From Chrysomallon squamiferum (Eukaryota; Animalia; Mollusca), in assembly GCA_012295275.1 (NCBI GenBank), contig CM022668.1, forward strand, positions 2,542,001 through 2,606,000: a stretch of DNA of 64,000 nucleotides. The letters are read 5' to 3'. The notes beneath the pieces are model-generated. The model was not told the DNA's origin. It made no database searches and worked only from the letters and a program-made list of their open reading frames with translations. The number at the start of each line of letters is the position of its first letter. Position 1 is the stretch's first letter. A program made the translations under genes and the position numbers. This document shows, one piece after another, positions 29,632 through 44,648 of the stretch.

Positions 29632-29934
29632 AACACAGCCACAGACATATATACATATTAAACAACTAAGGTTTCTTTTCTAGTATCTTTGTCTACAGAG
29701 ATATACATTACAGACCTGTCAGTATTGATAACACAGAGAGATTTGTAACGAGAGAGTTCAGTGTCACTGGTTCTGTGTTGAATACGAGGGTTTAGCTCAC
29801 AGCTGAGAGATGTGGGTACACAGTTATCTCACAGTGGAAGTGTGTGTAAGATAAGAACTGTTTGGTAAAAGATTTTCTATGGAGAGAGTTATCTCTCTCA
29901 GTTCAGTACGTGAGTCTACCATGGAGATGTCGCA

Positions 29935-30350
29935 ATTTCTGTCTGAGTGAATTTCTACTCTGTAAAACATAGTTCTGTGTGACAGGAATTTCTACTGTGT
30001 GACATACAGTTTTGTGGTAGCGATTTCTGTGTGAATTTCTACTCTGTAAAACTCAGTTTTTGTGACAGGAATTTGTACTGTGTGACATACAGATTGTGTG
30101 TGAATTTGTACTGCATAACAGTTTTTGCGGTAGAGATTTCTGTGTGAATTTGTACTGAATAAAATACAGATTTTGTGATGGTATTTGTATCTGTTTACAC
30201 TGAGTCTCACAGAGTATTTGTAATAGAGATTTCTGTGTGAATTTTCATTACATTTCACAAACTATTTGTGATTGGAACTTACGTGTGAATTCAAACTGAA
30301 TTACACACAGTATCAAGATAGTGGATCTCGTGTGAATTTCTGTCAAATAT
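29935..30350. repeat. Degenerate tandem repeat (gtgtgaatttctact...)
   Basis: Recurrent GTGAATTT-(C/G)TACT motif. Confidence 0.7.
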
Positions 30351-33141
30351 CACAAAAGTTTGTGACCATGATCTGCTTACAGTGTATTTGAGAACCATTA
30401 ATTCTCTCACCACACATTTGTGATTTCTAATAACAAACATTTTTTTATTACCTCACTAATGATGAAGCTGAATGAGGAACAAAGAAGAAATGTTTTATTG
30501 TATTTTCTCTTCACCTGAGATTCCACAGGATTGTCATTCTGAGAAAATCTGAGAAAAATCTGCCTGTTTACGTTGGAGAAAGCAGCAGATTGGTGTTTGT
30601 GATTTCAGATGTGTCCTGTTGTTTTAGAATCACACAGTGTATCTGTGTTTTGTGGTTTCAGTTTGTGGAATGTTTGTTGAAGGTCTGTAATGGTGTTTAT
30701 GGAAATAGCTGAGTGTGTGCAGATTGAGTTATACAGAAACGTGTCTCTTTGATCACAGAGTAGTAAGTTAGCCCAGACTGAGTAAGCAAAATAAAGTAAC
30801 ATAAGTAAGTAAGTAAATAAATAACTGAATAGATAAATGAGTAAATAAATAAGTAAATGAATACATAAAGTAAAACACAGTAAAGTACACTGAAAGAAAA
30901 AGAAAAAGAATATAAAGAAAATAAAATAAAAAAACATAAAGAAATAAAATTTAAAGTAAAAGTTTAATAAACAAATTTTTAAAATTTGAATTCAAAAAAG
31001 AAAAAGAAAGAAAAATTACAATTAAATAATAATAATAGTAAAAAAATATTAAAAAGAAAATAACAAAAAATATACAAAATAAAAAAAGTAGAAAAAATAT
31101 TCCAGAGAAATATTTACATTAAATAAGTGGTATTTTTAAATTATAATTTTTTCAAATTAAATTCTAATATTTTTTCTTGTCAATGTAAAATTATTTTTAT
31201 AAAATTTGTGTCACTGAATTGTTTCATAAGCTACATTTCTTTTACTGTTTAATTATGATAAACATTTTGAGTATTACAGTTAAATTAATTTCAATAAAAT
31301 AAAATAAATTTAAAGCAATAAATTAATAAATAATAAAAATTAAAAATTAAGAAAATAATAAAATAAAATAAAAAATAAAAATAACTTAAATAAATTAATA
31401 ATCAAACTAAATTTAAAAATAAAAAATAAATAAATTTAATAAATCTTTGTAATTTCCTTAAAAAAAGGATTCAAGCATCAACTAACTGAAAAATAATAAA
31501 AATAAAAATTTGCATAAAAGATTTCTGAATTAGATATTTCACTTGAATACTTTTTTAAACATCTAAACTACAAAACTAGCTTTATTTTTTAGCAAAACCT
31601 GACCAAAACGAACTGTTGTATAAATTGTCTTACAAAACATTCTTCACTGGAAATGTCAAAGGGTTGAACACAAATTGTTATCAGTAAATTAGTTTGTTTG
31701 ATACACAACACCTGCAAAAAAACACCTTTTTAAATATAAATAGCTTACAGAAAATAGTACTGTTAATTAACTTCAGTATTAAATAAATAAATAAATAAAT
31801 AAATAAACACAAAGTGAAAAAATTAAAATTAAAAAATCTTGAAGTTAATAAAAGACAGTACAGGAATATAATACAAATTTTGAAAAAAAAACAATAAAAA
31901 AAAATTAATTAACTTGTGAAAAGATTATAAATTTTCTAAGTCATAGTAAAAAAAAAAAAAAAAAAAAAAAAATTAAAAAAAATAAATAAAAAATATCAGA
32001 TTTAAAGTTAATTAAAATACTTACAAATGCCTCCACAGAAAATTTAAATTTATTAAATCATTGGCAAGCCTAGAAAAAACATTTTGTACTGTTAATTATT
32101 TTCAATATTTAAATTCTGTGCAATAAATCTTGTAAAAAAAAACATTGAGTTAATTAATAAAAAGTTAATTATTTTCAGCAAAAAAGTATAAAGTTAACAA
32201 ATAACAGTGAAAGTATAAAGTTAACAAATAACAGTGAAAGTATAAAGTTAATACAGGTGAAAATGTGAAAAAACTGAGTAAAAAAAGCCTCAAAAACATC
32301 AAGGTCATTAACCTCCTCAAAAACATAAAGTTAATAAATAACAGTAAAAAAAAGTTAATTAACCTCAGTAAAATATATAAAATTAATGAACTTAGTAAAA
32401 ACAAACAAGTGGAAAAACCTCAGTGAAAAATATAAAGTTAATAAACTAGTAAAAATGCATAAAGTGAAAACATCTCAGTAAAAGATATAAAGTTAATTGA
32501 ACAAGTGTTAAAGAGAATAAAGTTAAATAACCTCAGTATAATCTTAGTTTTGTAGATGTAACATCTGACAGTGAACAAATACAACAACCTCTAACTTTAT
32601 TAATTTCATACTTTGTATCATGTATAAAACTAAATTTATAACATCATTAAAAAGCTTTTGCTGAAAAAAAAATTTAAGAAAAAAATAAATTAGATAAAAT
32701 AAATTCATAATTAAATTAGTTAAAAATACATTTACAATAAAATAATAAAAAAATAACAGCTGATAATTTTGTACAACAATCTTGACTTGTATTTTATTAA
32801 AATTTTCAAAAAAACGAAGACTATCACACAAATTTTTTTAATCTTCAAGCAATCTGTATCAAATAGTCCATTCAGGGAATACAAGATTTTTTTTATATTT
32901 TAAAACTGGTTAATATCAGCAAATATAACATCCTTGCGTGGAAGTGAACATTTAAAAATAAATTATTTACTGACGTTTCTGCTCTGGTGTTTGACTGTCT
33001 GTTTGTTCGTTCAGGGACTAAAGCAGATCTGTGATTGCTCTTTATAAAATCAATCCTAAAACGTTTATTTCATTACTGAGTGGAAATAAAAGAAATTACT
33101 GGGTTTTTTTGTTACAACGCGTTCAGTCAGACTGGGTTGTT

Positions 33142-33181
<40 letters not shown>

Positions 33182-33996
33182 AAGATTCCTTAACATCAGA
33201 TTTAGCAAATCGTTAATTCAGTAATCTGCGAGATTAGAATCTGAAGATTTAGGATTTTAAAAACTGCAAAAGTGAATCTGAGAAATAATTTGATTAGTAA
33301 CCTGAATTGTATGACAGGTAAAACAATAATTTGACAGTAATAATAACTAAAAATTTAATTGTTATAGAATTGTAAAACCATTTTTAATAAACATAGTAGA
33401 AGAAGTAAAAATAAATAAATAATATAGAAATTAGATATTTAGATGTTAACTTAAAATGAACATTATTTTATCAAAACTTCATTTAGACAATATTTTGATA
33501 AAAAAAAAATAATAATAATAACAAAGACTTATATTTTAATTTAAATTAGTTGTAGCCATATTTTTACAAAAATTGAAATAGGTTTTTCAGAAGAAATAAA
33601 ATTGTGAACAATCAAGAATTTAATATTTGATACTGGATATTAAAACTGAGCAATTTGTGGTTTTTGGATGATTGCTGTGGTTTTTAAATAAAACAAATGT
33701 GGATTCATTTTTCTAGACTCATATAAGTAATCTGTTTTTGAAATGTTGAAGTGATTTTTTTGAATTATTCAAACAGTTTTTGATTTATAGAAAAGTGGTG
33801 AATTTTCATTATAGGAATATAAACAATTTTTCTTACATAAAAGTGGTTTTCAAATTGAAATTTTGGATTACACAAAACAAGTGGTTTTTGAATCAAACAC
33901 AAATATTTTTGGAATTCTGGCTTTTTAAAGTTACCAACTTCTAATAACCAAAAAAAAATACTTCTTAGATGGATGTACAGGACAAATGTTTGATAA

Positions 33997-34094
33997 CCAA
34001 TGATTAGCTGTGTCTCTGGATATATTAACTAATAAGAGCCTGTTTCTGATTGGCTCAAGATACTCTAGCAGCTCAAAAGGAGAGTTTTCATTGG
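33997..34094 (+). promoter_or_regulatory. CCAAT-box cluster (NF-Y-type promoter) before exon D
   Basis: AACCAATGA at about 33995, CTGATTGGCT at about 34046 and CATTGGCT at about 34089. Confidence 0.5.
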
Positions 34095-34096
34095 CT

Positions 34097-34150
34097 ATGT
34101 TGTGCAAATCAAATTCACTGAACTGCTTCAAGGATATTAAAGAAAAAGAG
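34097..34150 (+). CDS. Candidate alternative first coding exon D: MLCKSNSLNCFKDIKEKE (18 aa), phase-0 donor
   Basis: 54 nt open frame ending at a strong GAG|GTGAGA donor (GT at 34151); three CCAAT/ATTGG boxes directly upstream. Confidence 0.6.
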
Positions 34151-34386
34151 GTGAGACATTTTAAAAATATAGTTAAATATATATTAAAATTTTACTTATT
34201 TATTTATTTATTTATTTATTTTGCTGTTATTTAAGGTGAAATATGATGACAACAACATAAATTAGTAGTAGTAATATAATTTTATTTGTCACATGGTTGT
34301 AAAAAATTGGCTTTTTTCTGTGGTGCAACACAATTTTTTTTTTTTTCTTTTCATTTTCTTTATACATTTTTTCCATCTTTTTACTG

Positions 34387-34444
34387 TGTGTATTTATGTG
34401 TGTGTGTGTCTGTGTGTGTCTGTGTATGTGTGTGTCAAAAATAT

Positions 34445-34476
<32 letters not shown>

Positions 34477-34580
34477 TTGTGTATGTGTGTATGTATGTGT
34501 GTGTATGTGTGTATGTATGTGTGTGTATGTGTGTGTGTGTAGGTGTGTGAGTGTATGTATGTATGTGTGTTTGTGTGTTT

Positions 34581-34679
<99 letters not shown>

Positions 34680-34808
34680 TATGTGTGTGAGTGTATGTGT
34701 GTCTGTGTGTGTGTGTGTGTATGTGTGTATGTGTGTGTATGTGTGTGAGTATGTGTGTCTGTGTCTGTATGTGTGTTTGTGTGTTTGTGTATGTGTGTGT
34801 GTGTGTGT

Positions 34809-34861
<53 letters not shown>

Positions 34862-34895
34862 TGTGTGTGTTTGTGTGTTTATGTGTGTGTTTATG
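34387..34895. repeat. (TG)n compound microsatellite
   Basis: Direct reading. Confidence 0.95.
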
Positions 34896-35266
34896 TTCAT
34901 CAGGCTTAGAAACTATCACATGTTAATCAGCTGACCACTATGTCACTACTGAGGTCAATTCAAACATGTCTGAAGATTTCACAGTCTGTTATTTGAAGAA
35001 AGGGTCTTGGGTTTAGTTCTTGTAGCATCTGTCTGTACAACTAAATTGTACTAAATATGGTATCAGAGGACTCAAAAATGACTGATCTAAAGGAATGTAA
35101 AGCTAAAATTATTGTTAAATGAGTGTATTAGCCAGAATCATTGCCAGACATATGGTTGGCAAAGATTAGACAAAAATCCCAACATAGACCTATCTCTGGC
35201 ACAAAACCAGTGATATCTATACAAATGTCCATTTGAACTGTTTTCTGTTAAAGAATACTTGGGCTA

Positions 35267-35346
<80 letters not shown>

Positions 35347-35798
35347 ATGTATATGATTGTGTATGTGTGTACATTTCAATTTGCTTATGTCCAAATGAGT
35401 CTATATATTTTTGAAACCATGTCTGTACATGTGTATGTTATATCAGAGTTCTTTTTCTATTTTTTTATTTATAATAACTATAACAAAATCCAAAAGGCAC
35501 TTCAAAATGCCCATGAAAATGTATATTAGTTTGTATTTTTAACAACAGTATGTAAAAATCAGTATGTAATATGACTTTGATAATGAACCTGTGTATAAAA
35601 TAATGTATAAAACAAGATAACTAATGTCCTCTCTCTTATTTCACACAGAAAATTCTAATTTATGATATAAAAACAAAGTTTTCATTACAGTGTAATGTTG
35701 TTCATATTTTGTTTCTTTGTAAAGTTGACAGTTGTAGTGACATAGAAATAACAGTGATATAACTGTGTGTTATATTTCTTATATGTACCAGTCTACTA

Positions 35799-35866
<68 letters not shown>

Positions 35867-35915
35867 AATAATAATAAATAATAACAAAATAAAAAATAAT
35901 AATAACTATACCAAA

Positions 35916-36001
<86 letters not shown>

Positions 36002-36663
36002 CTAATAATAATAAAAATAATAATAATATCCTTTTTCATTCCTTTCATTTTCCTTCTTTTTTCATTTTTTCTTTTAATTTTTTCTTTCTTTCTTTAGTCT
36101 ATTTTTTTATTTTCTTTTTCTTTTTCTTTCAGTCTATCTTTCCTCAATTATTTTTTTCTTCCTTCTCTCTTATCTTTTTTCTTTCTTTCTTTCTTTTTTC
36201 TTCCTCTCTCCCTTTCTTTCTTTCTCTTTTTTTTTTCCCTTTAATTCTCTTCTTCTTACTATTTTTTTCTGCTATAACACATTACTAAATGACATTCACT
36301 TCATCCAGGTATTTACTTTATCCAGCTTTATTTTGTGTTCTGCAAAATCTCTTTCAGAAAAAAAACTCTCTCACATTGATTTTTGTTTCACTGCTGTACA
36401 AACTGCCTGTGATCCTAGGGTTACCACCAGTGAAAGGATAAATCTTTATGTCTTTTTAAATCTTTCTTTTGTATCTGTCATGATTTCATTGATCTGACAG
36501 AAACAATAGGCTGAAAGCAATCGTCAAAATGATTGACTTCTGCAGTACGAATTGATCAAACCTTTTTGTTCAGAATAATATTGATGATGATGATGATGAT
36601 GATGATACTGATAATAATAATGATGATGATGATATTAATGACAATATTGTTTTGTTATTATTA

Positions 36664-36705
<42 letters not shown>

Positions 36706-37866
36706 CATTATTATTTTATTACTATTATTATTATTGTTGTTGTTGTTATTATTATTACTATTATTATTACTATTATTATCGTTATCATTTTATTTCTATT
36801 ATTATAACTGTTGTTGTTGTTGTTGTTATTATTATTATTATAACAAAAAAAGAAATCAGAATATTTGAAAATGTATGATGTGTTTAATAAATAAAATGTT
36901 TAATGTTAATAAAAGGCTAAAAATTATGAGATTATTAAAACTGTATCAACAAAAAACACATATACTAAAAAGACTGAGTACACTTCGCGCTATGAAACTG
37001 TAGAGTTATTTTGCGTGGCCTGACAAGAAGTACTTCATCACGTCCTAAGACAAATCTGTGATAATACAGTCACTCAGTGAGAGGCTGTGTGAAATATTGA
37101 TCTGAGAATTCACTTCCATAACCCACACACTGCACACAACAAGTCAATAAACCTCCACAGAAAACAAATCTTTTTTCTTTTCATCTTTCTCAGTGTGTTC
37201 ATTTCCCGTTCATATCGATACCCAGTCACAGACGTCGTCTTTGATGTCGGTGTACAAACATCCACGTCGTTACATGCAACATTACCTGGTTGAAGTTGTC
37301 GAGTGCAATGTGGAGATATTGCTGTATAAGTGAATTAATGAATTTTATTTGTTTCTTGAATAGCTAGATATGTAATACCAGGTTTTATTCAACATGTGCA
37401 GTCATTTGTTATGTTCAAATGATAAATATTTGATTGCGATGTCGTTAATGATATTAAACAGTTGTGAGTTTTATAAATTAAATATTTCATTTCATCTGCA
37501 TCATTACATCACTGGTTCTATTAAAACTTGTGTTTATTAACTGAATATGAATTAATAAATTTTATTTGCCATGTGTAAATAACATGCTATTTCATCATTA
37601 ATGGCATTAAATGAAGATTACAAAAGACATAATTAAAAAAACAATAAAAAACAGAAGTTAACCGATTATTTTCATTAATTTATCCAATATTTTGATTTAA
37701 TAAATACTCAACGACAATAATTAAATTGCAAAATAAAAGAATAGTAATGAGTATGTTTTTAAAATGACACAGAACAATAACAACAATAATATCAGTAGAA
37801 ATAGTAACAGTAATAATAATTTGGATGACTGTAATGATGATAACAACAACATTAGCAATAATTAAA

Positions 37867-37897
<31 letters not shown>

Positions 37898-39227
37898 ATA
37901 TTTAGTATTACTACTACTGCTACTACAAATAGTAATTATAATAATCACATGTAATATAATAATAATAATAATAATAATAATAAAATAATAATCATAATAA
38001 TTAGTATTACTACTACTACTACTACTAATTATTATTGTTAGTAGTAGTAATATTTGTATTATTATTATTATTATTATTATTATTAAAATAATAGTAATAA
38101 TGATAATAATAGTAATAATTTATAAGTAGTAGTAATAAAAATTATTATTATTTTTATTATTATTATATTATTATTAAAATAATAGTAATAATGATAATAA
38201 TAGTATTTATAATAATAAAATCACCCATAATAATAATAATAATAATAATAACAAAAACAAAAATAATAATAATAATAATAATAACAAAAAAGAACAATAA
38301 AACAATGTGTAACCCAGTACCGATGTAAGACTGTGTAGAACAAGAAGCGCTGCAGTCAGGAGAACAGTGTTTTAATGTTGACCTAGTTTCTCAGCAGACG
38401 TTTCACAAAAACTTCGCTTTTGCTCGCTTCTCTGATATACTCTTACAACTTTCTGTTTGGGACAACGAAAACAGTTATTCAGTCTGCAGTTTTGTCTGGG
38501 TAGAGCTATGCTTGTTATAAACTTACCTGCGTTTGTTGCAGTTACCTGAGATGGAAGGACAAATCAGGTATGTAATATTTTAAAACTGTTTCAGGCTGTA
38601 AGCGTATTGCAGTTTTTGAAGACTTTTGTTTTTTTTGTTTTTAGACATTTACGGAATACAGGCTGAATAATGAAAAAAATGACGTAACTAAAACTGGAAA
38701 TAGTAATTTAATACTTAGACCTATAGTGCAAAAGATGATGTAGTCTATATTTATCTGCAAATGCATGTGCATACATTCACACACACATATATATCAATGC
38801 ATCTATCCTTACATGGAGGAATGCATGCATGCATACGCACATAAACAGATACTTAAATACACACAGAAATGCATACACTTACATAATACACATGCATGCA
38901 TGCAAACATACGTTTGTGCGTGTTAATGTGTATATTAAAATAATTATTTTTAAAACGAAAATTTTGCATCGTTTTATGTTAAAAGTACAATCAAAATGTG
39001 CTTTGTACTAAAATAAAATTCTGTCAACTTTTCCACACACTGGGATAATAAAATACATAAAACAACTCTTTAAACATGTTCTATAATGGATATTACCAGT
39101 ATGTTTATTTAACAACTTGTTTTAACTGTCTCATATATAGATCAATAAGAAAAAAGTTTATTCTCTAACAGATGATGGTCAAGCTACCTTTAATCTATTC
39201 ACACATTATGCACATGCATTTACACTT

Positions 39228-39271
<44 letters not shown>

Positions 39272-40164
39272 GTCCATAAGCATTTGATTTTACTTTAAAA
39301 AAATCATTAGTCTGTTAAAATTTACTAATACTGAATCAGAAGGGAAAAGCTTTGATATCTAACATATGTCCAGGAAAGTATGCATGAACCTTATTTATGA
39401 GAAAAGCTAATCAATTACATTATGTTGTACTACATCCTATCTACTAATTATGAGAACAGTTTCAGCCTTATGTTTCATATTTATTAATGCAAAAAAATAA
39501 GATAATGCAAGAACTTTGCTAATCCTTGTCCTGTTTGTCCAGGAAAGCATGTTTGAACCTTATATGTGAGCCATCCCATCAAACCAGGCATTAAGTCACA
39601 TTTTGATGTTTTGAACATTTTCAGAATCTTTTCTCATAAATTTCATTTTGATCTTTCATTCATCTCTGTTCAGTTTTCCTGTCTAAAAATTAATGAGCTG
39701 ACAGCAGACAATGTTGTTGAAAATGTCTGTCATTTTTTTTTTCTCAGAAAAAAAGGCATCCAGCAAATAAAGAGTGTAAATAAAAATACTCTAAAACACA
39801 CCTTTAACATAAATATCTATCAGTTTCATCAGTGAATCAAAGAGACATATATTTTATATATAAAACCTTTTTAATAAAATATCAAAAATCAGAAATTTGT
39901 TTATGTCACTCCACTATTACTGGATAAATCTGAATGTGACTTATGACTTGATTTAACGTGATGGGTCACACATTATTTATAGAAACTTAATATTTAATAT
40001 TCTTACTGATTTGAAGCTTACATAACAAAGAAATAATCTTCAGCGTTTACAGAACTGAACACAAAGACCAGACACAAATTTTAATTCACAGATTTGGGTG
40101 GCTGAGTGGGTGGGTGGTCTGTGGAGGTGGGTGTGTGGGGGATCCGAGATTGACTCTGATAAGT

Positions 40165-40373
40165 GGATTACGAGATATAATCCCTCACTAATCCGTCGCT
40201 AATCCCTGGCACTCAGGGGGGGATTAGACTGTCTCTGGTTTGACTCCGGTTATCTAGTCGTGGATATCTCGCAGAATGAGTCTGCTATCTTTGAAGATAT
40301 CTCAGATTTCCTCTGATTAAATTGATGAACACAAACAAATGTACAGGTAATAGCTTTCCTGTTCTAGTAATCC
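40165..40373. promoter_or_regulatory. K50 homeodomain (Otx/Pitx/Gsc-type) TAATCC site cluster
   Basis: GGATTA at 40165 and 40221; TAATCC at 40178, 40189, 40200 and 40368. Confidence 0.5.
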
Positions 40374-40375
40374 AG
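40325..40375 (+). CDS. Weak candidate first exon: MNTNKCTGNSFPVLVIQ, phase 0
   Basis: Open frame to CAG|GTAAAT (GT at 40376), downstream of a TAATCC cluster. Poor ATG context, and two other CAGGTAA sites compete nearby. Confidence 0.22.
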
Positions 40376-40924
40376 GTAAATTGAAACAGGTAAACAATGT
40401 CTCCTCTTTGAACTGTAATAAGAATATTTGAGTTATTGTTTGGTAAGCAGATCTGTGTGTTTGACTTGTCAGGGGAGCTGGGGTAGGGGGTCAGTTTGTG
40501 TAGATTTTTTTATTTTACTAAATAACTCTGGTGAGGTGAGAAAGAAAAAGATAAAAGTCTTTGTCAAAGTTTCAATGGATTTCTTTATGTTAACAAAAAC
40601 TCTTAATGTTTTAAAATGTATGTACATACACACGTACATACACACTCACCGACAAACACACACATACATATATAATATACAAATGTACATACATACATAC
40701 ATACATATATAATATACAAATGTACATACATACATATATATAAACTGCATGCACACACGTGCACACATATACATACACAGACATATGCACACATACATAC
40801 ATACATAATACACAAATATACATACATACACACATACATACATACATACAAACTTGCATGCACACACACACGTACACACACATACACACACACACATACA
40901 CACACACACACACACATACACACA

Positions 40925-40963
<39 letters not shown>

Positions 40964-41089
40964 ACACACACACACAGACAAGCAAACACACACTAATAAT
41001 ACAAATACCGACACACTGAAACTGTGACCCTCAAATCAGTGCACTTGCACCTAATACACTCACCAGCTATTACACCAGTCACTTCACCG

Positions 41090-41340
41090 CTGACCAGGTG
41101 TGACTGAAGTGGACGTTACGAAGGTGAACCCACCACCTCTGTGGGTGGGTGGGTGGGATACTGTGAAGCGAGATGGGTGTGGCAGGACCCATCGATCAGT
41201 GGGGTAACATGAAATGGTGTGAAAGAGCTGACAAACAGTGACACTGTACAACACTTGTTGTCCTTTATCTGCAGTTTGATGGGCGGGGTCGGCTCAAAGG
41301 TTTTTCTGGTGGGGGGGGTCACCTGGCGACAGGTGAAACG
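41090..41340. promoter_or_regulatory. GC-rich regulatory block with GC box, paired E-boxes and G4 motif
   Basis: (GGGT)3GGG at 41143-41157, GGGCGGGG at 41281, CACCTG-N4-CAGGTG at 41320-41335. Confidence 0.4.
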
Positions 41341-41515
41341 TTTTTTTTCAAACAGCTGGATTGAAAGAAAATAATGTTCTACATGAAGTAGTATCACTGA
41401 GGTGTCTGTACTGCTAGTACATTACTTCTACTGTTACTACTTCATTACTTTGATGTGTTTTACTAATAATATCATTGTTGTTACTATTAGTAGTAATAGA
41501 ATGTGTGCACTACTG

Positions 41516-41571
<56 letters not shown>

Positions 41572-42559
41572 GCTACTGCTACTACTACTACTGCTACTGC
41601 TGCTACTGCTACTACTACTACTACTATATTACTACTACTACTACTATTACTACTATTACTATTACTACTACTACTACAATTATTACTATTACCACTGATA
41701 TTACTATTCTACTACAACAACAAATACTACTACTACTACTATTCCTACTGTTACTACCACTTCCATTACTACTACTATGCTACTACTACGCTACTACTAT
41801 GGTACTAATGTTATTGGTACTACTTCTGTTATAACTTGTACAGCTACTACTACTATCAATATTACTGCTGCCACTATAATCTATAAAGGTTAAACAAAAA
41901 TAAAAACTTGCTCAGCAAACAATAACGGTGAAATATACAAACTATTTATTCACACCTGCACAGGTAAAGTTTAATACCGACTCACACCTGAACATCACCT
42001 GAAGCTGTTCATTAAGTGAAATATCAAACCTGACGTGTATCTCACGATTAGTGTCACCCTGTCACTATCACACAGTGACATCAGCAGTGACACTGAGCTG
42101 TGATGTTACTGAACACTCAGGTTTTATCTGTTGTGTATCATCAGTTGTATATTGTGTAATACACAACGTATTACATAGACTGTTGTGTATTATCAGTTAT
42201 CTTTCTTCATATATAAGGTATTACACATCTTGTTATACTGAAGTTAATATTACATGTGTAAATATCAAATATTGTTAAACAGATCTGAGCTCTTGTATTT
42301 TTATATCAGAGTCATTTATACAAGATAGGTTTACTATGATAAAAAATACTTTTATTCTGTATAATAATTATTATGTGTATGTTTGTGTGTGTGAGTGTGT
42401 ATTTCTACATGCATGAAACATGTGAATGCATATTTGTACAAATGTATATATGTATGTATTTAAGTCTGTATGTATGTATGTATGTATGTATGTATGTATG
42501 TATGTGTGTGTATGTATGTAGTTAGGTAGATGAATAGATAGGTATGTATTTACATAGAA

Positions 42560-42600
<41 letters not shown>

Positions 42601-43383
42601 TACCTATATATCTTTCTGTGTAAATACACACATACCTACATATTTACCTACTTATCTACACATACATACACATACATTAACATACATACATACATACATA
42701 CATACATACATACATACATACATACATACATACATAAACATACATACAAACATACATACATACATATATTCAGATGAATATATTCATATAAATATTCATA
42801 CATACACACATATACATATATATATAAATACTCATTAATACACAAAACCACATACACACTTGTTTAACCCCAAAACAACCACCACACAAAGAGAAGAACA
42901 ACAAAAAAAAAAAAGTGACCAATAAAATAATTATAATAAACGAATCCATCAACAAATTCAGACTTCAATCTCCCGTAATGATATTTCCCCTGAACAAAAC
43001 CTCCTTCATGCCTGTCAGTCTCTGTGACACACACACACCACTTCATTAACCCTTTGAGGGACAAGGTCAGGCTGGAGTTATTAGTTTTATGATGTTCAGT
43101 TTGTCCTGTCTTTGTTTTAACTCGGCAGCAAGCTGGGATCTCACCACACAGCTGAGTTTTACAAATGTTTCTGTTGTTTAGTTCACTAGAACTGTCAGTT
43201 TGAAATATGGGATGTTGTAGGATCAAATCCTGATAACAGAATTTTGAAAAAAAAAAAAAATTTGTATTTATATATTTTCATTGTGATATTTGTTATTATT
43301 GTTATTATCATTATTATTATTGTTGTTGTTGTTGTTATTGTTATTGTTATTGTTATTGTTATTGTTATTGTTATTGTTATTAC

Positions 43384-43419
<36 letters not shown>

Positions 43420-44615
43420 CATCATCATCACTGTTGTTGTTGTTGTTGTTGCTGCCATCAACATTATACTGAACCTACATACTCAGCAAAACTAAAAACT
43501 AAAATGTTTTTAAAAATTGCATTTTGGGAAGAATTGTTCTTTTTGTTTCCCCTCAGTGGATTCTGACTTGAAGTCAAGGTGTGCTGTGTTCTACCTGTGT
43601 TCTGACAATGACCTGATTAGTTTTACCTGCTGTCTATGAATACTCTGTTTGTGTTCAGCCTCTCCCCCCCCCTGGGGTCTGTTACGCACTTGAATTGCCT
43701 TTCAGCGTAACTGGTCATTTGGAAGAAAAAATTAAACTGGTCACTTGAGGCGCTGTTTGACCTTTGTGTTGTTTTTGTCTTTCTGTTGTTCGTCTGTGTG
43801 TGTTGCTGTTCTTGTCTTTCTGTTGTTCGTCTGTGTGTGTTGTTGTTCTTGTCCATTGTTCCATACCTTTGTCTGTCCCACTGTTCTTATTCTTTTTTTT
43901 TTTTTTTGTCTTTTTTTTCAATGTTTTTAATTTTGGTAACTGTCAGGGTTTTTTTTCTAGTATGGTAAAGGTTTATAGTAAGTAGTCCATCTATACATCT
44001 GTACATTAATTTGTTCTTCCGTCCAAAATTGTTTTTTTTAAATTTATCTTTCTCTGACATATAGTAGCTCATCTTTTTAAACTTTCTTTCAATTTTTAAT
44101 TCATTATTATTTTCTTTCTTTAATTAATTAATTTGTTCTTATTATCTTATTCATTTATTCATTCTTTCTTTCCTTTATACACTTTCATTCATTTGTCATT
44201 TTAATCATTCCTGTTTCTTCATCTTTTTACTACCCTTTACCTGTTTTCTGTCCATTCTTCCTTCCTTCTGTCCATCCTTCCTTCCTTCTGTCTATCACAT
44301 AATCCAATAAAAGTATTTCTTTTTTGGGGTACTGCTCAGTCTTTTTAGTGACTTTGCAAACACGGACACTTCAAAGAAAGGTTTATTTGCAATTCAAAGA
44401 GCTGTTACCTTTTAACTCGTTCCACTTTGACCTTTGACTCTGAGACGTCTGTGTGTCCAGTGGTCACAGCAATTAGATTTGTCCGTGCTGGAATTTCACA
44501 CACGGTGGACGATGGTCAAACCTGAGCAGACCGACATAAAGGTGTAAAATCTTTGATGTGTGGTTGAGTGAACTTTTGCAGGTATGTGTGTACACCTGAC
44601 TTTAACTCACCTGAC

Positions 44616-44648
44616 ATGCTCTGTTTTAGTGCTGCTTCCACTCACAAG
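44616..44648 (+). CDS. Weak candidate first exon: MLCFSAASTHK, phase 0
   Basis: gacATG...AAG|GTAGGC (GT at 44649). Starts MLC like exon D, but is short enough to arise by chance. Confidence 0.3.

Noticed and set aside
29879-29915. MERVISLSSV before C|GTGAGT
   Set aside because: Phase 1 and weak start context; not supportable as coding.
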